NCBI GenBank assembly: GCA_964016885.1
Contig: OZ024742.1
Coordinates: 204,662,001 to 204,726,000 of the forward strand
Direction of reading: 5' to 3'
DNA length: 64,000 nt
Source of the DNA: Eledone cirrhosa
Lineage: Eukaryota
Positions 26,981-40,999 of this stretch are shown in pieces. How positions within the stretch are numbered: position 1 is the first letter of the stretch; each line of letters opens with the position of its first letter. The notes beneath the pieces are model-generated. The model did not search any database, was not told the origin of the DNA, and worked only from the letters and a program-made list of their open reading frames with translations. The translations under genes and the position numbers were made by a program.

Positions 26981-28990
26981 TTGTTTTTACTTGTTTGCTT
27001 TTGATAAGCTTGTGTAATAAAATAAATATATACTCTGTTGATTTAATTATATGAACTGATAAATTTTTAAAAAATGTGTTTTTTCTTTAAAAATATGAAA
27101 ATTTTGAAATATCAAACTTCTGACCACAAACCCAAACTTCTGATTAAATAATTGTGGTTTTTTTATAATAATGGGATATAACAAACTGATGTGCTCTCTC
27201 AACGAGATTCCTAGCATTGATCTCTCCATGGCTCTTTGAGCCGTTACCAGCCTCTGCTCTTCTCTCTTCGTTGTAGCCCAAGTTTCACTGCCATATAACA
27301 TTGCAGGTAAAACTGTGCTATTGAAGAGGTTGGCGCGGGTGGTCTTGTCCAACCTCCCCTTGAGCACATCCCTTATGCCGTTGAACGCCTTCCATCCGGA
27401 CCTTACTCTCCGCAAGATCTCCCTCTCAATGTCTCGGCGCATGTTCACTTCTTGTCCTAGGTAGACGTATTCCTCCACCTCCTCTATCTCATCCCCGCCA
27501 ACCACCATTCGACCTGTTGGTACGTTGTCGGACCGCATGAACTTCGTTTTCATGCGGTTCATCTTGAGGCCTACTGCAGAGCTTTTGATGTCGAGCTCCG
27601 TCAGCATGGTCTGAAGCTGATCCGTGGTTTCAGCGATGAGTACGATGTCATCAGCGAAACGGAGGTGGGTAAGTATCTCGCCGTTGATGTTGACACCGCC
27701 TTGCCAGTCAATGCCTCTGATGATCTGCTCGAGACACGCGGTGAAAAGTTTTGAAGAAATCGTATCTCCTTGCTTCACTCCCTCCTCGACTGGCACTCGT
27801 ACGGGTGATGACAGCAGAGCTATGTCAGTGGTGCATCCGGAACTCGCCTCCCTGAGCAGTTGAACGTATTGCGCCGCGACTCCTCGCCTCTGCAGCGAGT
27901 TCAGCACTGCGTTGATTTCGACGCTGTCGAAGGCCTTCTCGTAGTCTACGAACGCGACGCAAAGAGGCATCTTGTACTCTTTCGCTCGCTTTGGCAGTTG
28001 TGTCAGAGTAAATATGTGGTCCATGGTGCTGTAGTTCTTCCGGAAGCCGGCTTGCTCTCTCGGTTGCTGTTCGTCCAGATGACGTGATAACCTGTTCAGG
28101 ATTATCTTCGTGAACAGCTTGCACACGTGAGACAGCAGGCATATGGGTTGGTAGTTCTTCAGATCTTCTCTATCGCCCTTCTTGGTATTCGACTCTTTCC
28201 ACTGCGAGGGTATTCTTCCCTCGTCCAGATAGTGTGTGAATCGCTCGGCGAGGATTTTCCAGAGCTGCTCTCCGCCTGACTTCAACACCTCCGATGTTAT
28301 GCCGTCTTTCCCTAGTGCCTTTCCGCTTTTCATCAAGCCGACGGCTCTTTCGATCTCACCGACAAGGATGGGTGGCACATTCTCCTCCTGTTGGAGTGAC
28401 GGCAATGGTTGCACATTCCCGGCAGATTTAAAGAGCTTGGTGTAGAAGTCTTCGCAAACCTTTTCCACCTCACTCTTGTCGCTGACTGATACTCCAGTTG
28501 TGTTCTTCAGGGTCGTCACCTCCGATCTGTACATTGCCATGTCCCTCTCGCAATTCTGCGGCCTTCAGGAGCTTCTCCATCCGGTATGCCTCGAAGTCTC
28601 TCTTCAGTTGTTGACGTATCACTCATTCAACGTATCACTCATTCAACATTGGCAGTGATCATCATCTGGTGAGGGCGAAGGTTGTCATCGACCGGACGAG
28701 GGAGAAGAAGGCGCTGCATTTGGAGTCGAAGGGAGAACGCGTCCTGGTCTTCCGAGGCGCAGCTGCAGGAAGCCATCATGCAGGAAAACTGACGTCAAGG
28801 AGACGGCATAGACGCTGAATACGACTCACTGATAAGGAAACTGAAGGAGTGCTTGAGGAAGGCTAAGGGTGTGTGCCCGAGGGAGCGGAAGGGAAGAGTC
28901 TCGGAGGAAACTATGAAGTTGCTTGAGAAGAGGAAGAATAGGAAGAGGACACCTGAAGATCACCTCGAATATTCCCTTCTCAGCAGAGTG

Positions 28991-29021
<31 letters not shown>

Positions 29022-29532
29022 CGTTTGTATATATACAGACATTTGTGTGAGTGTGTTTGCGACGTTATATGTTTATCTATGTGCAGGGCAGTATATAGAT
29101 AAAAGTATGTGATAAATGATATACAGGTATGTGAATGGTATATCCCTATGTCTATGTTTGTGTGTGGTGTGTGTGTATATTTATATGTGTGTGTGTGATA
29201 TAAACATGTATGTGCGTAGGCGTTTGTGTATGTATGTGTTTACCTAAATATTTCTACATGTGTGTTTCTGTCAGTATATTCAAACTTGATTGTGTATGTT
29301 TGTATACGGATATATGTGTGTTTGTGTATGTATGTGTACATGTATTAATGTATGTACGTCCATGTCTGTATATATGTGCATGTGTGCGTGCGCATTTATG
29401 TGTAGGGGCGTGTTCGTGTGTCTACATATTACATAAAATAACCTTGTATTGTTGTGTAATGGCAATGTGGAAGATTTTATGGTTAGGTGTAGAATATGAT
29501 GCAATATTTGGATGCCTGCAGTTATCTCAGTT

Positions 29533-29614
<82 letters not shown>

Positions 29615-29616
29615 TA

Positions 29617-29784
29617 TAGTGAAATTCCGTTACAACGAAATTCACGGGGTATAAAAAATCATAGTAAGGAAAATTTCTTTATAACGAGATTGACCGAAAC
29701 ACTTCGAGCGTGTGGCCGGGGATTGAAAAAAATTCGTTATACTGAAAAATTCGTTATAATGGTATTCGTTATAACGGAAGTTTA

Positions 29785-29787
<3 letters not shown>
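29617..29787. mobile_element. MITE, pogo/Tigger-like
   Basis: TIRs AGTGAAATTCCGTTACAACGAA / TTCGTTATAACGGAAGTTTACT, internal TTCGTTATA repeats, TA flanks. Confidence 0.7.
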
Positions 29788-29848
<61 letters not shown>

Positions 29849-30094
29849 AAGAGGCGATGCGTTATATCCTTGAGCAAGACACTTTATTTCAAGTTGCTCC
29901 TTCTACCTGGAGTTGCGACCGATAGATAGTATTAGCAACTGGAAAGACCAATGGAAACATTGTTTCCTCGGTCCGATTTGACGAAAGTCGATCCTTAGGA
30001 ATATATAAGAATGGTATCCCAAATTGGATCTGGAAATAACCACAGTTAAGTAAGGTACTCGATACATTAGTAGAGAATAAGCATATTTAAAATA

Positions 30095-30642
30095 ATAATT
30101 GTTTCTACTTTTGGCACAAGGCCAGCAATAACCCAGTGCATTACTGGTACTTTATTTTATCGACCCCGTAAGGATGAAAGGTAAAGTTAACCTCGGCGGG
30201 ATTTGAACTCAGAATAGCAATGGTCGTAACTCTATGCGTCAAGGCATGGCGTCCGACCCTCTACCGATACTGCCAAAAATAATAATGATGAAAATTATTG
30301 TGTACAGTGCTCAGGTGCACTGCAACTCATCAAAGGTGCATGTATAGTATACAGAATAATTGTTTCTACTTTTGGCACAAGGCCAGCCATTATCCCAATG
30401 TATTATTGATACTTTATTTTGTCGACCCCGTAAGGATGAAAGACAAAGTTAAACACGGCGGGATTTGAACTCAAACCATAAAAGGCCGTAATTCGTTGCT
30501 GCAAAGCATGGCGTCAGACCCTCTACCGATACTGCCAATCCACCGCCCTTAGGGGTCGATAAAATAAATTACCAGTAACGTACTGGGGTCGATTTAATTG
30601 ACTTTCACCTCACCCCAAAAAATTGTTGGCCTTGTGCCTAAA
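30095..30642 (-). mobile_element. Cluster of Nin-type SINEs: 30095-30276 (-), 30356-30547 (-), fragment 30550-30642 (+)
   Basis: Reverse complements of 53526-53713, including the A-box TGGCAGTATCGG and the B-box. Confidence 0.85.
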
Positions 30643-30799
30643 TCGTTATTATGTTAGGGGTACAAATATCTGAGAAATACTGACCCACCCTATTTAATGA
30701 GTAGGCAATTCAGTTAAGCGAAAAACTGGATTACTCATCGTCGAAACAGACGGAAGATCCTTTTTATTTTTATTTTACGCGTTTTTATATAGTTTGATG

Positions 30800-33700
30800 T
30801 ACTGCGTGGTGTCACGTGGTATGATATAGTTGTGTAGTGTCACGTGGTATGAGAGGTATAGTAGAGGGTCACGTGGTATCTTTAGTATTTTCAGTTTAAA
30901 TATATCGTGTAGCGTAGTAGTGTGTCATGTAGTGTTGTGTTGTGTCATGTAGTGTTGGGTACTGTCATGTAGTGTGTAGTGTTCTATCATGTGATGTGTA
31001 GTGTAGAGTTGTCATGTAATGTAGTTATGTAGTGTTGTACCGTGTTGTGTAGTTTCATTTGGTGTTGTACCATGTAGTCTTGGACTAAGTGGTGATCTGT
31101 AGTGTAGTGTAATGTGGTGTCATGTAGTGTTTTGTTGTCATGTGGTGCTGTGTAGTGTTGTCATGTGGTATTGTACCATGTGGTGCCCTGTTGTGCAGTG
31201 CCTAGTGGTGTCATGTAAAGTTGTGTTGTGTCATGTCGTGTTGTGCTGTATCATATAATTGTTTCTACTTTTAGGCACAAGGCCAGCAATTACCCAGTTC
31301 ATTACTGGTACTTTATTTTATCGACCCCGTAAGGATGAAAGGCAAAGTCAACATCGGCGGGATTTGAACTCAGATCGTAAAGGGACATAACTATGCTGGA
31401 AAGCATGGCGTCCGACCCTCTACCGATTGTAGTGTTGTTTGTGTACTTTTGTGTTGTGTACCATATAATGTGGCATGTAGTGTTGTGTTGTGTAGAGGTT
31501 TATAAAGTGATGCATTGTGTAAAGTTATCATGTGGTGTAGTGTTGTGTGGTTTGTAGTGTTGTGTCATGTTCGGTTGTGTTATGTAGTGTTGTACCATGT
31601 GGTATTCTGTTGTGTCGTGTTGTGTCATGTGGTGTTGTGTAGTTTCATGTGTTGTATCATGTAGTGTCATGTAGCGTTGTGTCATGTAGTGTTGTCAGGT
31701 GGTGCTGTCACATATGGTATTGTGTAGTGTTGTCATGTAATATAGTTGTAGTGTTTTGTTGGGCCATGTAGTGTAGTGTGTAATTTCATGTAGTGTTGTC
31801 ATCTGGTGTTGTACCATGTAGTGTTGTGCCATGTGGTGATCTGAAGTGTCAAGTAGTGTAGTGTAGTTTCATGTAGTATTGTGTCATACCGTGTTGTGTT
31901 GCCATGTGGTGCTCTGTTGTGTAGTGTCTTGAGGTGTTTTGTAATATCATGAAGTGCTGTGTCATATAATGTGACATGTAGTGTTGTGTTGTCTAGTGTC
32001 ATGAAGTGTTGTACCATGTAGTGTGGTGTTATGTCATGTGGTGTTGTGTCATGTTGTGTTGAGTCATACCATGCTGTGTTGTATCGTGTCGTGTTGTGCC
32101 ATGTAGTTTTATTGTGTATTGTGGTATTGTGTCGTTTCATGTGATGTTCTGTAGTGTTGTGTCATGTAGTGTTCTGTCATGTGGTGTTGTGTCATGTAGA
32201 GTGTGTGGTGAGGTATACAATCGTGTTATCTCATGTGGTGTTTACTACTCTATATAACATCAATATGCAACACAATGCAGTTCTAGATATACAAAAACAA
32301 AGCTGGATGGTCGTAACTAGAATGTCTTTGCACTACTCAGTCAGCACTGACCTAGGGCTAAATAACTACAACAGTTACTACATTACTACAATCTACCATA
32401 CTGTCCCGCCAATGCACTGGGGACCTCTACACAACGCCCCCTATACAACAAACAGCATCAACCCACATGACACTACACCACTCCATTACTACACAACTAC
32501 ATTACACCACTCCATACTACACAACACTACACCACACCACACTACATTACACCACACCACACTACATTACACCACTCCACATCGCACTACACAACACTCC
32601 ACTACACTACATTACACCACTCCACACCACACTACAATACTACACTACACCATACCACACTGCACCATACCACACTACACCATATTACACCAGTTTATAC
32701 CACACTACATTACCTCACACTATATTACACCACACGATACAACACTACACCACACCACATTACGCCACAAGACTACAGTACACCACATTCCATTACACCA
32801 CTCCACACCACACTATACTACACCACACGCCAAAAGACTACACCATATTACACCATACCACACAACATTACATCACACGACACCACAATATACCACACTA
32901 CATTACACCACACTACGTCACATGACACAACACTACACTACACCACAACACTACACTATACCATACTACATTACACCACACTACACTATCACATTACACC
33001 ACACTACAACACACTACACCATCACATTATACCTCACTATACCATCCCACTACATCATCACATTACACCACACTACACCATCACATCACGCTACACTACA
33101 CCACACTAACCATCACACTATACCACACTACACCATCATATTACACCACACTACACAACAGTACCCCTTACAGTCATTAAAAAAGAAATATAAACTGTAT
33201 AATGTAGTCTCTGACTTTGAGTTAACAAAGAAGCACGGGATGGCCACGGATGGAAGGGTTTGTATCATTGAGGAGTATTATGGGGCTAAATACTAACAGT
33301 ATGTCTGGTTGCAACACCACGCCCTACTACAACAACACCACACCACACTATACTACACCAATACCACAACACATCACAATGTACCACTACAATACTACAA
33401 CAATACCACACTATTACATCACTGCAATACGATACTACAACACACTACACACCACATCAATAACACGCCACAATACACCACTACAATACCACAACACTTC
33501 AAATCACACTACTACACCACTACAATACCTCAACACACCACTACAATACCACAACACTTCAAATCACACTACTACACCACTACAATACCTCAACACACCA
33601 CTACAATACTACAACACTTCAAATCACACTACTACACCACTACAATACCTCAACACACCACTACAATACCACAACACTTCAAATCACACTACTACACCAC

Positions 33701-34440
33701 TACAATACCTCAACACACCACTACAATACCACAACACTTCAAATCACACTACTACACCACTACAATACCTCAACACACCACTACAATACCACAACACTTC
33801 AAATCACACTACTTCAAAACACCACTGCAATGCTGAAATGCACTACACCACAACACACTACACGAAACCACCACTACACAACACCACTGCTACACACCAC
33901 AACACCATACTACACTACTGCAATACACTACACCACCACTGCAATACCACAACACACAACACCACAACAATGAAATACCATACCACCCTACACCACCAAA
34001 CATCAACAGACCTCTATACCATAGAACGTTATACCACTCCGACACCCCCACCACTATAGACAACACCACCACACCACCACACCACCAAACATCAACAGAC
34101 TTCTATACCATAGAACGTTATACCACTCCGACACTCCACCACTGTAGGCAACACCACTACACCACCACACCACCAAACATCAACAGACCTCTATACCATA
34201 GTGCGCTGCACCACTCCACCACTATAGCCAACACCACTCCACCAATCATCAACAGACCTCTATACCATAGTGCGCTGCACCACTCCACCACTATAGACAT
34301 CACCACTCCACCAATCATCAACAGACCTCTATACCATAGTGCGCTGCACCACTCCACCAAACATCGACAGCCACTATACCATAGTACGTTATACCACTCC
34401 AACACCACCCCACCACTATAGACAACACCACTACACTAGA
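30800..34440. repeat. Degenerate pentanucleotide satellite (TGTAG/TGTTG-type, then CACTA-type) with embedded 60-bp and ~66-bp tandem repeats
   Basis: GT-rich at 30.8-32.24 kb and CA-rich at 32.46-34.44 kb. A near-perfect 60-bp period runs from about 33475 to 33812. Confidence 0.9.
31256..31427 (-). mobile_element. Nin-type SINE inserted in the satellite
   Basis: Near-identical reverse complement of 26808-26980. Confidence 0.85.
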
Positions 34441-34969
34441 CCACCGCTATATCCCAGTATAACCAATAATAAAATAGCTACTTACCTGAAACAGCAGACA
34501 CCCAGCTGGCAGATAGAAGTAATTGTAAAGTCCATAATAGCCATGCTAGGCTGTGACACCACGGTCCCGAGATCAAACCGTACACTGGTAATTCCAGCGA
34601 CATGTGTCCTCACCGTCACTCTCTTTCTCTGTGTCTGTCAGTCAGTCACACTTGAAGTTCTCACTCTCACTCTCACATACACTCCCGCTCCCACTCTCTA
34701 GCTGCAGCTCTCTCTCTCTCTCTCTTTCTCCTACTCACGCTCACTAGCTGCAGCCTTCTCTCTCTCTTCCTCCTTCTCTTTCTTCCCCCTTTCTCTTTTC
34801 CTCCCTCTTTCCCTCTCTTTCTTACACACTCTCACTCTCTCTCCGTTTCTCCCTCTATCTCTCTCTGTCTCTTTCACAGCACATCTCTAGCTCTGTTTAT
34901 CTATTAATATAAATATATATATATTTAATTATATATATTATTTTATATTATATTATAAATATATATATA

Positions 34970-35015
<46 letters not shown>

Positions 35016-35668
35016 TATATTATATTATATTATGACTATCAGCCTTATCGTCTGTTTCTATCAATATACACTTAATGTCTGTTGGCCCCGTATTTCTATC
35101 AATGTTTACCTTGTTACTATTTCATTCTGTAATGAGTCTTGCAATGTTTGTCCGTATATCTGTTCGTAGATTTGTCTGTGCGAGTGTCTATCCGTCTGTA
35201 TATCTGTCTGTATATACGTACATCTGCGTATATATGTATTTAGATATGTATGCATGTGTGCGTATATTTGAATGTGCGCATGTATGTGTGTGCATTTATA
35301 TATGAATATATGTGAATGCTTGCCCTGCGTATATCTATATATGTGTGTTTGTGTGAGTGTGTGTATCTCTGTATGTATGTATGTGTGTATGTGTGCGATT
35401 TTATTTTCTGTTGCAATAATGGTGGTGGTGGTGGAGGTTGTGTGAGTAGTGGGCAGTGGGGGGAAATATAAAGGGTAGGAGGTAAGAAAAGTTATAAGAG
35501 AGTGGGAGAAGCAAAGAAAAGGGAGGGGAGAAAGATGTTGGGAAGGGAAAATAAATACAGAGAGAGAGAGGTGGTAGGAGGAAAGGGAAGACGTGAGGGG
35601 CTGATAGAGACATTGAACGAACGAATCAACTATGATGGTGGAAACGAACTGCCAACAACAGCAGCAAC

Positions 35669-35751
<83 letters not shown>

Positions 35752-35821
35752 CAGTAGTAGTAGTAGCAGCAGTAGTAGTAGAGCAGCAGCAGCAGTAGTA
35801 GTAGCATTAGTAACTATATTT

Positions 35822-37560
35822 TAGCGGACGTTTACGCTAACTGGCAGCAGAATGGGAAAATTCCCAGTTGTGTGTGCCGAGGGGCAGTGACGCTGCTGAG
35901 AAAGGGCCTGAACAAGAGGGACCATATAGATAATTTCAAGCCGATAACTCTGCTAAATGCAGAGTTTAAAATTTTGGCCAAGATGTTAGCAACGAGGTTG
36001 GCGCTTGTCAATCCTTGGTCTCGTAGGAGAGTCACAAACAATGCGCCACTCCGGACAGATCATTTACGACAACCTCGACTTTGTGCGATACATCTTAGAG
36101 AGGGTGGATAATGAACCTGGCAAGGGTGGGACCCTGATCAACTTAGATCAATCGAAAGCTTTAGATGGGGTCGACAATTAGTACCTAGCGGCAGCCCCCA
36201 AGGCAGTCGGCTTAGAGCTCATTTTCAAAGGATAGGTTGCTGCAGTGGCCAATGGCATCTGCTGTGTGGTCTGAGTGAATGGACACCTTTCGGAACCGTT
36301 CAACATCAGGCGCTCTGTTCGCCAAGGTTGCCCTCGCTCGTCTCTGTTATATGTATTGACTCACGAGTTGCTACTACACAAATTGGAGAAGTTGAGAGAA
36401 ATCCCACACGAGATAGTATGTGGGGAATCCGTGTCAGCAAATGCTGACGACGTCACAGTAATGGTGTCAAGCAGCAAACATATTGAGTTGATAGACACCG
36501 CTCTCAGGGAATACGAAATGATAAAAGAAACTAAAAATAATCAGGAAAATCGGTAGGCCTGCGGTTTGACAGTTGGAGAGGCAAGTCCATGTCGTCCAAC
36601 AACGTCGTCGGGCATGGACAGGCAGGTTAAATTGCTTGGGTTCTGGTTTCGTTCAGAATGCAAAACTATGGCCTTTCTCACCCACAAATGGGCCGAGAGA
36701 AAGCTATCCGTGAAAGGTCGGACAGAAATGACAGACGCGTACATTCCGTCCGTCATTTACTACCGACTGACCGTCATCTATTACCATTTGCTGTCAACAC
36801 CTGCTGCATTGAGGACTAAGCATTTTGTGGCTGATGATACGCAAACATGCGGTGAGGCTATGTCATCTCTAGCTTTACCTCGATGGCGAACGTGTATGGG
36901 CGCCGTTTTCTAGACACATGTTTCGACAACTCGTCTCCTTTTCTCCGAAAACCGAGAGGGGGCGCTTGGAAACTGGAATATCTTCAAGCACTCACAGTCC
37001 TCAGTCATTCGTGCAGTTCGATCGGTAGAAACTCCACCTTGGCGTTCTACGGAGAAAAAAACGGGTAAAAACGATAACATTCTAGGGGAGACTTTAGGCG
37101 ATAAGGAAAATCAAATAGCCACACTTTTCCGGGGAATTTTCAGTCCACAATCCATGGCCTGGCAGTGCTAACGAGGTACTCTGTCAGTTCGAGATAAACT
37201 CTACAGGCATGGAAGGGCCGTCAGCTGGCCCTTCCGAGATGCACACAGGGCGACGAAGTCGTCCTGCACTCACACATCGAGTGTCTGAATATTATTGGCT
37301 TGTACGTTTATGTTGAGCACCTGTTGTCGCGTGTGGGTCGGATCTGACTATCAACTGAGTCCATTGTGAAGATTACTGCGCCGTCTTCCTTTAGAGAGGA
37401 AGGACAGGAAGTTTTTATCTGCTTTGTGGCCATGGCGAAAGAGATCGTGTGTTGGACGCATTTGAAAGGTTTGAAGGCAATCATTTTACTCTTCGGCGAA
37501 GCTCTGAATAACTTTTTCATGTTTCACTTCAAGAGAAAAATCAGCGTGGAGAGGGAAATG
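35822..37560 (+). pseudogene. Decayed Tx1/L1-clade RT fragment, same family as 43826-46343
   Basis: DNFKPITLLNAEFKILAK, SVRQGCP, ANADDVTV, WAERKLSVKGR, with many frameshifts. Confidence 0.85.
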
Positions 37561-37645
37561 TTTAAATGTTTATATTTTTAGCCTTTAGTATAAACATTTT
37601 TTACACAAAAAAACACACTGTACCATCCTGTGAGGGGGAGTGGAT

Positions 37646-37734
<89 letters not shown>

Positions 37735-37772
37735 GGTGGTGGTGGTGGTGGTGGTGGTGGTGGTGGTGGTAA

Positions 37773-37842
<70 letters not shown>

Positions 37843-37843
<1 letters not shown>

Positions 37844-38163
37844 TAGTTTAATGGTTAGAGCGTTGTGCTTGCAACTGAGAGGTTGTGGGTTCGATTCTCG
37901 GACCGGGTGACGCGTTGTATCCTTGAGAAAGACACTGTATTTTCTGTTGCTCCAGTTTACTCAGCTGTAGAAATGAGTTGCGACGTCACAGGTGTATCGG
38001 CCATAGCCTTTCCTTTGGACAACATTGGTGATGTGGAGAGGTGAGGGGGCTGGTATGTATGGGCGACTGCTGGTCTTCCACAAACAACCTTACCCGGACT
38101 TGTACCTCAGAGGGTAACATTCTAGGTACAAAACTATGGTCATTAGTGACTGATGGGGGCCTT

Positions 38164-38165
<2 letters not shown>
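37843..38165 (+). mobile_element. tRNA-derived SINE with CORE-like domain (fragment also at 29855-29900)
   Basis: A-box-like GTTTAATGGTTAGAGC, B-box GGTTCGATTC, CORE-like TCCTTGAGAAAGACACT..CAGTTTACTCAGCTGTAGAAATG. Sits inside (TAG)n. Confidence 0.75.
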
Positions 38166-38214
<49 letters not shown>

Positions 38215-38237
38215 TATGGGGAGGGGAGAGGATGAAT

Positions 38238-38301
<64 letters not shown>

Positions 38302-38324
38302 TGAGGAGGGGGGAGGAACAGTAA

Positions 38325-38379
<55 letters not shown>

Positions 38380-38414
38380 TGGAAGGGAAGGAGGAGTGTG
38401 AAATAGTTGTGGTG

Positions 38415-39372
38415 CTGCAAAAACAGCAACAGCATTAACAACAGCAGTAATAGCAAGTACAATTGCAATAACAACAACAACAGCAACAACAGCAACAACA
38501 ACAACAGCAACAACACAACAGCAACAATAGCAACAACAATAACAATAGCAACAGCAATAATATTGACAAACACAATAGCAACTACAATACTACCAACAGC
38601 AACGACAACAGCAGCAATAGCAACAACAACAATAGAAGCAGCAGCAACAACAACAATACCAGAAACAGCAACAATAACCACTACAACAACAACAACAACA
38701 ACCTCTACAATAGCAACAACAACCACCCCTACAATAGCAACAACAACAACAACCACTACAATAGCAACAACATCAACAACAACCACTACAATAGCAACAA
38801 CAACAACTACTACAATAGCAACCACTACAATAGCAACAACAACAACCCCTACAATAGCAACAACAACAACTACTACAAGAGCAACAACAACAACTACAAT
38901 AGCAACAACAACAACTACAATAGCAACAACAACAACTACTACAATAGCAACAACAACAACCCTACAATAGCAACAACAACAACTACAATAGCAACAACAA
39001 CAACAACAACCACTACAATAGCAACAACAACAACCACTACAATATCAACAACAGCAACAACAACCACTACAATAGCAACAACAGCAACAACAACACTACA
39101 ACAGCAACAACAACAACCACTTCTACAATAGAAACAACAACAACAACCACTACAATAGCAACAACAACAACCACTACAATAGCAACAACAACAACAACCA
39201 CCACTACAATAGAAACAACAACAACCACCACTAGAATAGCAACAACAACAACCACCTCTACAATAGAAACAACAACAACCACCACTAGAATAGCAACAAC
39301 AACAACAACCACCACTACAATAGCACAACAGCCACTACAACAGCAACAACCACAACAATAACAGCAACAATG
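38415..39372. repeat. (ACA)-based degenerate repeat (ACAATAGCAACAACA...)
   Basis: Direct inspection. Confidence 0.9.
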
Positions 39373-39675
39373 ATGAACAAGTTCGTGAGAGAAAACTATA
39401 GGCAGTCTCTAGACTGGCAAGAAACAACAGCCAAATATCCACCAAAACAAGCAATGTTGTCTTCTAAATAGATGGATACATGTGTGTTAATATACTCCCA
39501 GGTTGACAATTCCTTAATTTGTACAACACCATTATTGATAATATTGACCATCTGGGCCATGGGCTAAAAAACAACTCTGCTCAATGATATAGAAAGGTTT
39601 CACACGGGCCCAGTGGGGCTGGGGTGGGCTAAAAACACTTTTAACCCCCCATATCACCCCTAATCCACCTTCTCC

Positions 39676-39903
39676 TTAACACTTTAGCATTTACATTACT
39701 CTATATATACTATTGTAGTTTTGTGGTAAGGGCTTTACCTCACATAATTATCTCACATAATATAAAACCTATGAGATTTTGATGTTATTTATTTTGAGAA
39801 CAATACCGTAACATCAGTATGAATGGCAGTTACAGCCAGTGTGAACAGAAAGTGGTGAGAGAATTCTGGCTGGATATGGATGGTTTAAATGCTAAAGGGT
39901 TAA
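39676..39903. mobile_element. piggyBac-like MITE (~220 bp)
   Basis: TTAA-CACTTTAGCATTTA ... TAAATGCTAAAGGG-TTAA, i.e. a TTAA duplication and a 14-bp TIR with one mismatch. Confidence 0.7.
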
Positions 39904-40026
39904 TATCCTGCAATGGTTCAGTAGGATATATTTTTAAATGACTTTGTTAATCTAAATGTTTTTACTATCTTAATAGGTGGACAGATTGTTGTAAAAAATC
40001 TGCAGAGAACTAAACGCTTTAATTTT

Positions 40027-40340
40027 TAATGTGATGTAGTCATAGTGTATTTTTGTACTTTACAAGAATGCCTTACTAATGTGGTTTCATGTGGCACAGG
40101 AGCTTAAATGCTAATGTGATGTAGTCATAGTGTAGTTTTGTACTTTTCAAGAATGTCTTGCTAATATGGTTTCATGCATCACAGAATGTCTGTGTTAATG
40201 TGATGTAGTCATAGTGTAGTTTTGTACTTGCAAGAATGTCTTGCTAATATGGTTTCATGCAGTACAGGATGCCTGTGTTAATGTGATGTAGTTATTAGTA
40301 TATTTTTAATATTTTTCAAGAATGTTTTACTAATGTGTAG
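40027..40340. repeat. ~84-bp minisatellite, about 3.7 copies
   Basis: TAATGTGATGTAGT recurs at about 40027, 40113, 40196 and 40279. Confidence 0.85.
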
Positions 40341-40419
40341 TCATTTCAGGTGCCACACCTGAATAGTGGAGTTTTCATACGACCACAGAAATAGGCGCTA
40401 TCAAATTCCAGTAAGACTC

Positions 40420-40908
40420 GGTGAAGCAGTAGACAGCTTCTGTTACCTGGGTGACCAAATTAGCAGCGGAGGTGGGTGTTCTGAAAGTACAGTAGCCAGA
40501 GTAAGAACAGGATGGAAGAAGTTCAGGGAGTTACTACCACTGCTGGCTACAAAAGGCTTTTCCCTCAGAACGAAAAGCAGCCTGTATGGTGCGTGCATAT
40601 GAACAGCAATATTGCATGGTAGTGAGACCTGGGCATTGTGTGCAGAAGACTTTTGCAGCTCGCAGTGGTAGTAACTCCCTGAACTTCTTCCATCTCGTCC
40701 TACCCTGGTTACTGTACTTTCAGAACACCCTCCTCCGCTGCTAATTCGGTAATATATATATAAATGACTTCTACAGGGCTATACCTTTTTCATTCATTTA
40801 AAATCATCAGGAGATGACGAAGGACCGTGACAAGTGGAGAGATGGTGTGCTGAATAGGACCCATCCAACCCTTGCAAGCAGGGAAAAGTAAAATGATGAT
40901 GATGATGA

Positions 40909-40912
<4 letters not shown>
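40420..40912 (+). mobile_element. RTE-like LINE 3' fragments (third family) with an inverted piece and a (GAT)n tail
   Basis: VDSFCYLGD..ARVRTGWKKFRELLP..LHGSETW. 40662-40750 is a diverged reverse complement of 40452-40543. Confidence 0.7.

Positions 40913-40999
<87 letters not shown>

Larger units (their letters stand above)
25314..27186 (+). mobile_element. Chapaev3-type (CMC/CACTA group) DNA transposon remnant
   Basis: Interrupts the RTE. The left end CCGTGTAACAAAA resembles Chapaev3 termini as I recall them. No matching right TIR was seen. Confidence 0.6.
25107..28992 (-). mobile_element. RTE-clade LINE (RTE-1-like), split by a DNA transposon and with a 5' inversion
   Basis: ORF 27047..28540: QPREQAGFRK, FVDYEKAFDSVE, GVKQGDTIS, LRFADDI, YVYLG. 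The C-terminus EWYPCERKRPLGRHPRRW is at 25107-25310. The EN end FNIGSDHHLVRAK lies on the + strand within 28625-28992. Confidence 0.88.

Noticed and set aside
33475-33812. Regular 60-bp repeats (also the 84-bp and 33-39-bp arrays) as a possible CRISPR array
   Set aside because: No unique spacers, no cas genes, eukaryotic context.
32154-34059. His/Thr/Tyr-rich ORFs of 380 and 269 aa resembling structural proteins
   Set aside because: Translations of a 5-bp-period satellite, open in several frames, with no signal peptide or codon periodicity.
37843-37920. tRNA-like sequence
   Set aside because: No complete acceptor stem, and it continues into a CORE-like body, so it is a SINE head. The same applies to the Nin-SINE heads.
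37986-39328. Thr-rich mucin-like and poly-Val ORFs
   Set aside because: Trinucleotide-derived repeat with frame changes and no supportable exon boundaries. A mucin exon cannot be fully excluded without RNA data.
40350-40410. Possible small + strand exon (TTTCAG|G...CA|GTAAGA)
   Set aside because: Stops in all three frames and no supporting neighbouring exons.
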